A stretch of 58,017 nt of DNA from Planctomycetota bacterium (GTDB lineage: Bacteria; Planctomycetota; UBA8108; UBA1146). The stretch spans positions 1 to 58,017 of the forward strand of contig DUAN01000226.1 of assembly GCA_012960845.1 (NCBI GenBank), in the 5' to 3' direction. The position numbers and the translations under genes are program-made. The notes beneath the pieces were generated by a model. It searched no databases and was not told where the DNA came from. It was given only the letters and a program-made list of their open reading frames with translations. Below, piece by piece: positions 54,442-58,017 of the stretch (its first letter is position 1; every line of letters starts with the position of its first letter).

Positions 54442-54970
54442 CCGTCTCCTCCTGGAAATCCTTGCTCTGCGCAGAGACCGCGGCGAGTTGTACTCCTCCG
54501 GGTACGGCCATCTGGTCGAGTGTGATGCACTCGAGTGCTACTCGGATCCTGTCGTTGATGAATTTCCAGTTCGAACTGAGTGGGCAGAGGGATCCGATGC
54601 CACATTCTCCCGGGCCGGTATCCACACATTCCGTCAGGGAAATGGGCCCATTCAAAGCCTCGATCATCTGCTGCACGGTGATCAAGTGGGGATCCCTCGC
54701 GAGGCGATATCCTCCCCGGGCACCGCGCCGCGATTCGAGCAGATTGCCACGCACCAGCGCCTTGAGAATCTTGCTCACGTTGGGCAGAGCGAGGCCAGTC
54801 AAGGTCGAGATCTCGGGCGCAGAATAGACCAGCTTGTACCCCTCACCACTCTCCAGACGCTTGGCCATCGAGGTCAGGATGAAGACCCCATAATCGGTTT
54901 GTCTTGTGATCTTGAAGATCGGATCCCCCTTCCCTCTGCGGGAGCGAATCGATGGGTATTGACGGCCCAA
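54434..54970 (-). CDS. Rrf2-family (IscR/SufR-like) Fe-S-responsive transcriptional regulator
   Basis: [17 protein letters not shown] wHTH N-terminus. Cys triad [15 protein letters not shown] (CX7CX5C). The TTG 54970 start adds about 19 aa before the usual family N-terminus, so the start is uncertain. Confidence 0.8.
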   Translation of the reverse strand: MGRQYPSIRSRRGKGDPIFKITRQTDYGVFILTSMAKRLESGEGYKLVYSAPEISTLTGLALPNVSKILKALVRGNLLESRRGARGGYRLARDPHLITVQQMIEALNGPISLTECVDTGPGECGIGSLCPLSSNWKFINDRIRVALECITLDQMAVPGGVQLAAVSAQSKDFQEETDD

Positions 54971-54981
54971 GCCCAGGCATG

Positions 54982-55012
54982 GGTCCAGATACAGATCCTA
55001 CGAATCAGGACC
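54982..55012. promoter_or_regulatory. inverted repeat upstream of rrf2-suf (candidate operator or leader hairpin)
   Basis: GGTCCAGAT (54982..54990) and ATCAGGACC (55004..55012) match 8/9 as reverse complements with a 13-nt spacer. The repeat lies next to the only markedly AT-rich patch in the window (55013..55040). Confidence 0.25.
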
Positions 55013-55167
55013 AAAAATGTACTCTTTATTAGTTTCACCCGATTGTGCAGGTTCGTCAAGCAATCCTGACCCGCTTCTCGGCTCCGGTGGTGACCCATCT
55101 TGCCAGGCCCTACACTCTCCCTGATCAACAGGACTCCCGGTCCCCGGGAAAAGAGGAGAAGAGTGTA

Positions 55168-56124
55168 GTGGAAGTGAAAGAGCCCCCGGAAGAACCTGAC
55201 GCCCTGCCCCAGGCCGATCCCGGAATCGTCTCCGATCTGTACCAGTTGGCGAAACCGAGACTCTCGTTGCTGGTGGTGATCACCGCAGCTCTCGGCGTCG
55301 GCGCTGCATGGCCCTTCACCGGGGAATATACCAGAGCCCTCACCACTCCCGAAATACTCGACCGCATCCTGCAGATGCTCGGACTGTCGGCGGGAACCGC
55401 ATTGCTCGCGGCTGGGGCCAATGCTCTCAATCAATTCTGGGAACGGAAATCCGATCGATTGATGAAACGTACTGCCCATCGAGCGACAGCCACGGGTCGG
55501 ATCGGCGGAGGTGTGATCTTCGTCTACAGCGTCGTGACCGGAGTGAGCGGAACTGCGCTACTGTATCTGGCAGGGAATCGACTCGCCGCCATCCTTGGAG
55601 TCTGCAGCCTGATTCTCTACGTGCTGATCTACACACCACTGAAGAAGCGTACATCTCTCAATACCCTGATCGGTGCGATACCCGGCGCGCTTCCTCCACT
55701 GATCGGGTGGTGCGGAGCGGGCGCTCCCTGGTTCCATCCGGTGGGGCTGTCCCTCTTCGGCATCCTGTTCGCCTGGCAAATCCCCCACTTCCTGGCGATC
55801 GCCTGGATGTACCGCGATGAATATGAAAAGGCCGGATTCCTGATGCTACCGGTGATCGACCCCGAGGGGCACCGTACCTCCCGAGCCGCCCTGACGTGGT
55901 CGCTCTTCCTCTGTGCGGTGAGCCTGATACCGGTGTTGTCCGGCGCCGCAGGGGTGATTTACCTGGGGATCGCCGTGGCACTGGGTGCCTTCATGACCAC
56001 CCGTGCTCTGGCACTGGCGAATCAGCGCGATCGGGTCTCGGCTCGTCGACTCTTCTTTGCCAGCATCATCTACCTCCCCATCGTGCTCGGAGCTCTGGTT
56101 GCGAATCCGAGCCTGCGCGGATGA
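55168..56124 (+). CDS. ctaB: protoheme IX farnesyltransferase (heme O synthase)
   Basis: DLYQLAKPRLSLLVVITAALG...NQFWERKSDRLMKRTAHRA (UbiA motif)...about 9 TM helices. I prefer GTG 55168, which has GAGGAG 9 nt upstream. The maximal ORF starts at GTG 55045, immediately after an AT-rich promoter-like patch. Confidence 0.82.
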   Translation: MEVKEPPEEPDALPQADPGIVSDLYQLAKPRLSLLVVITAALGVGAAWPFTGEYTRALTTPEILDRILQMLGLSAGTALLAAGANALNQFWERKSDRLMKRTAHRATATGRIGGGVIFVYSVVTGVSGTALLYLAGNRLAAILGVCSLILYVLIYTPLKKRTSLNTLIGAIPGALPPLIGWCGAGAPWFHPVGLSLFGILFAWQIPHFLAIAWMYRDEYEKAGFLMLPVIDPEGHRTSRAALTWSLFLCAVSLIPVLSGAAGVIYLGIAVALGAFMTTRALALANQRDRVSARRLFFASIIYLPIVLGALVANPSLRG

Positions 56125-57101
56125 CCGATTCTCGCCCCTCCCCCGCTCCGTCGCTGAGACCTCCCTTGTGGTTACTGGGGCTCTTGTTTCTGCTCTGTGG
56201 TGCGGTACTCGCCTGGCGGATCCCTCCGCTGCTGAAATCGATCGAGGAGCGAGAACGACTCGGTCCAGACGCTTTCATCACCAATGGCTTCCAGCTGTCC
56301 GATTCACTTCGTTCCGATCCAACCCTGGTGCGATTTGGAGCTCCAGAGGAAGTGATTCCCATCGACACCCCACCCATCTGGGACGTGAATAAAGTCGATG
56401 ATCTGGCGACAAATTTCAGAACCCGATTCCTCATCCCTTCCAGCGAAGTGATCGGAGTCTTCATCGATGGGAAACCCCGAGCTTATCCATTGAGAATCTT
56501 GCAGTGGCATGAGGTGATCAATGACACTCTCGGTGAGGTGCCGATCTGTGTCATCTATCATCCACTCTCCGAGACCAGCACCGTGTTTCAGCGACCGCTG
56601 GTGGCGCCGCAGGAGCCTCTCGTCTTTGGCTCGAGTGGATTGCTGGTCGATTGCTGCCTGTTGATCCACGATCGTCTCGGCATCGGGCGTCGCCGCGAGG
56701 AGAGTTTGTGGAGCCCCACCGATGGCGAGGCGATCTCAGGACCTCGCATCGGGGAGCCGCTGCAACTGGTCCCGTTCCTGCTGACCAGCTGGAAGATCTG
56801 GAAAGAGAAACATCCCGACACGGAGGTGGTCGGAATGGTCGAGAGTCACCGTCGCTACTACAAGAAGGAACCGTACAGCCCCTATCGGCTGATGGATCGT
56901 CCCCGCTATCCGTACCAACCTCAACCGCCGGAGGGGTCACGTGCCAACCTCTCGCGGGTCATTGTCACGCGACAATCATCACTCTGGGTGGCACAGGTCT
57001 CGCGCAGCGCAATTGCAGAACTACCGGTCGATTCGACCCCGTTCCCCCATGTGGTGACCGCCTGGTTCGCCGTCCATGCGCGGCAACTGGAACAGCAGTA
57101 G
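56121..57101 (+). CDS. DUF3179-family protein with N-terminal membrane anchor
   Basis: ATG 56121 overlaps the ctaB stop (ATGA). TM helix LWLLGLLFLLCGAVLAW. GKPRAYPLRILQWHEVINDTLGEVPICVIYHPLSETSTVFQR...FGSSGLL...LWSPTDGEAISGP matches my recollection of the DUF3179 layout. Confidence 0.7.
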   Translation: MTDSRPSPAPSLRPPLWLLGLLFLLCGAVLAWRIPPLLKSIEERERLGPDAFITNGFQLSDSLRSDPTLVRFGAPEEVIPIDTPPIWDVNKVDDLATNFRTRFLIPSSEVIGVFIDGKPRAYPLRILQWHEVINDTLGEVPICVIYHPLSETSTVFQRPLVAPQEPLVFGSSGLLVDCCLLIHDRLGIGRRREESLWSPTDGEAISGPRIGEPLQLVPFLLTSWKIWKEKHPDTEVVGMVESHRRYYKKEPYSPYRLMDRPRYPYQPQPPEGSRANLSRVIVTRQSSLWVAQVSRSAIAELPVDSTPFPHVVTAWFAVHARQLEQQ

Positions 57102-57103
57102 CG

Positions 57104-57733
57104 CTAGGCCAACCACAGCATGAAGGCGAAGAGCCCGATCCAGATGGCGTCGAGGAAGTGCCAGTACTGGTTCACCAGCCGCACCTGCTCACAATGAAGA
57201 CTCCAGTAACCGCCCAGCATGGCATGGATCGTGACATAACCCTGAAAGATCAATCCACCGGCGATGTGAAGGGCGTGCAAAAGGCCCACGGCGAAGATGC
57301 TCCAGCCGTGCAGGCTGGTGGAAGCACTGAACGACTGAGCCTCCCCTGAGTGGAGCATCCGGGTCCAGACCCGTTCCTGGAGGTACAAGAACAGGAAACC
57401 CAGGAGCAACACCAGCACCATGCTGCCGATGAAGATGCGCATCCGATCTCTCCGCACCGCCATCCAACCAACCTGCGAGACCACGCTGACCAGCACCATC
57501 ACTGCGGTACTGAGCCACGCCAGATCGGGGATCCTCGGTGCATTCTCACCCCAGGCGGGATTCTGGCTGCGTACGATCACGATGGCGATGATGGTGGCGA
57601 TGAACAGGACCGCCAGCGACAGCAGAAACAGGTTCATACCCATCCGTGCGATCTCGGGGGCTGGCTCGGGCTGGAATCCCTCGCCACCTTTTCCCGCGCC
57701 ACCTTGCCCCGTCTTGGAACGATCCGAGGTCAT
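57104..57733 (-). CDS. heme-copper oxidase subunit III-like protein
   Basis: Five TM helices. C-terminal LVNQYWHFLDAIWIGLFAFMLW is the Cox3 signature (YWHFVD.VW). Confidence 0.75.
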   Translation of the reverse strand: MTSDRSKTGQGGAGKGGEGFQPEPAPEIARMGMNLFLLSLAVLFIATIIAIVIVRSQNPAWGENAPRIPDLAWLSTAVMVLVSVVSQVGWMAVRRDRMRIFIGSMVLVLLLGFLFLYLQERVWTRMLHSGEAQSFSASTSLHGWSIFAVGLLHALHIAGGLIFQGYVTIHAMLGGYWSLHCEQVRLVNQYWHFLDAIWIGLFAFMLWLA

Positions 57734-57745
57734 GAGGTCACCGGA

Positions 57746-58017
57746 CTAGCCCTGTGGAGAACCGTACTGGGTCGTCTGGATCTGCTGGAAAGGATCATCG
57801 AGGATCACCTCCTTGTATTCACCGGTGTCGAGCAAGGCAAATCCGAGGAACAGTCCCAGCAAGAAAAGGGACCCGACGAAGATCACCGCATTGAAGGGGC
57901 GATCCCAGCGCAGGTGCATGAAGTAAAGCGCCACCAGGGATGCCTTGAGGGTGGCCACTCCCATCGCCACGACCACGTTCATTCCTCCCAGATCGATGTA
58001 GGAGACCGCCACTGTGG
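57746..58017 (-). CDS. prokaryotic cytochrome c oxidase subunit IV-family protein (5' end probably outside the window)
   Basis: ATLKASLVALYFMHLRWDRP matches the COX4_pro signature (KA.LV...FMHL). The ORF is open to the window edge, although GTG 58012 is a possible start. Confidence 0.6.
   Translation of the reverse strand, partial: TVAVSYIDLGGMNVVVAMGVATLKASLVALYFMHLRWDRPFNAVIFVGSLFLLGLFLGFALLDTGEYKEVILDDPFQQIQTTQYGSPQG

Noticed and set aside
1-58017. A search for CRISPR arrays, IS elements, integrases, prophage genes, toxin-antitoxin pairs and known defence-system proteins.
   Set aside because: No direct-repeat/spacer arrays were found. No ORF carried transposase, integrase, RT, nuclease-helicase or toxin-like signatures. 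All long ORFs are accounted for by housekeeping or envelope proteins.

Overview
GC-rich (judged by eye, not computed) bacterial chromosomal window that is almost fully coding. I call 43 protein-coding genes. I found no rRNA, tRNA, CRISPR array, transposase, integrase or reverse transcriptase. Gene content points to a diderm, probably PVC/Planctomycetota-like organism; this is inference only. The supporting features are an LpxL-type acyltransferase, a DUF481 outer-membrane protein, giant CarboxypepD_reg-repeat and DUF1080/LamG-like exported proteins, and a divergent ECF sigma / Ser-Thr kinase pair. Most genes are housekeeping: comEC, mtnA, purE/purC, rnd, a fused Kgd/OdhA-type 2-oxoglutarate dehydrogenase, aceE, ahcY, acs, infA, ruvC, der, mnmG, aroA, a complete rrf2-sufBCDSUT operon, ctaB and the end of a heme-copper oxidase operon. 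Many adjacent genes are joined by 1-, 4- or 8-nt stop/start overlaps. I see no obvious defence island or mobile element, and no single finding is a clear-cut new system. The items most worth a second look are: (1) a canonical intrinsic terminator with a competing hairpin inside the divergent acs / 815-aa-gene intergenic region, which could be an attenuator, riboswitch or small RNA; (2) an orphan radical-SAM-like protein with a CX8CX2C cluster motif; (3) an actinobacterial-style E2-E1 fused Kgd/OdhA in a diderm context; (4) a DUF3179 protein translationally coupled to heme O synthase whose remembered CPLC motif reads HPLS; (5) a trio of very large exported proteins of unknown function. All functional calls come from reading the translated ORFs and recalling family motifs. 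No database search was run.
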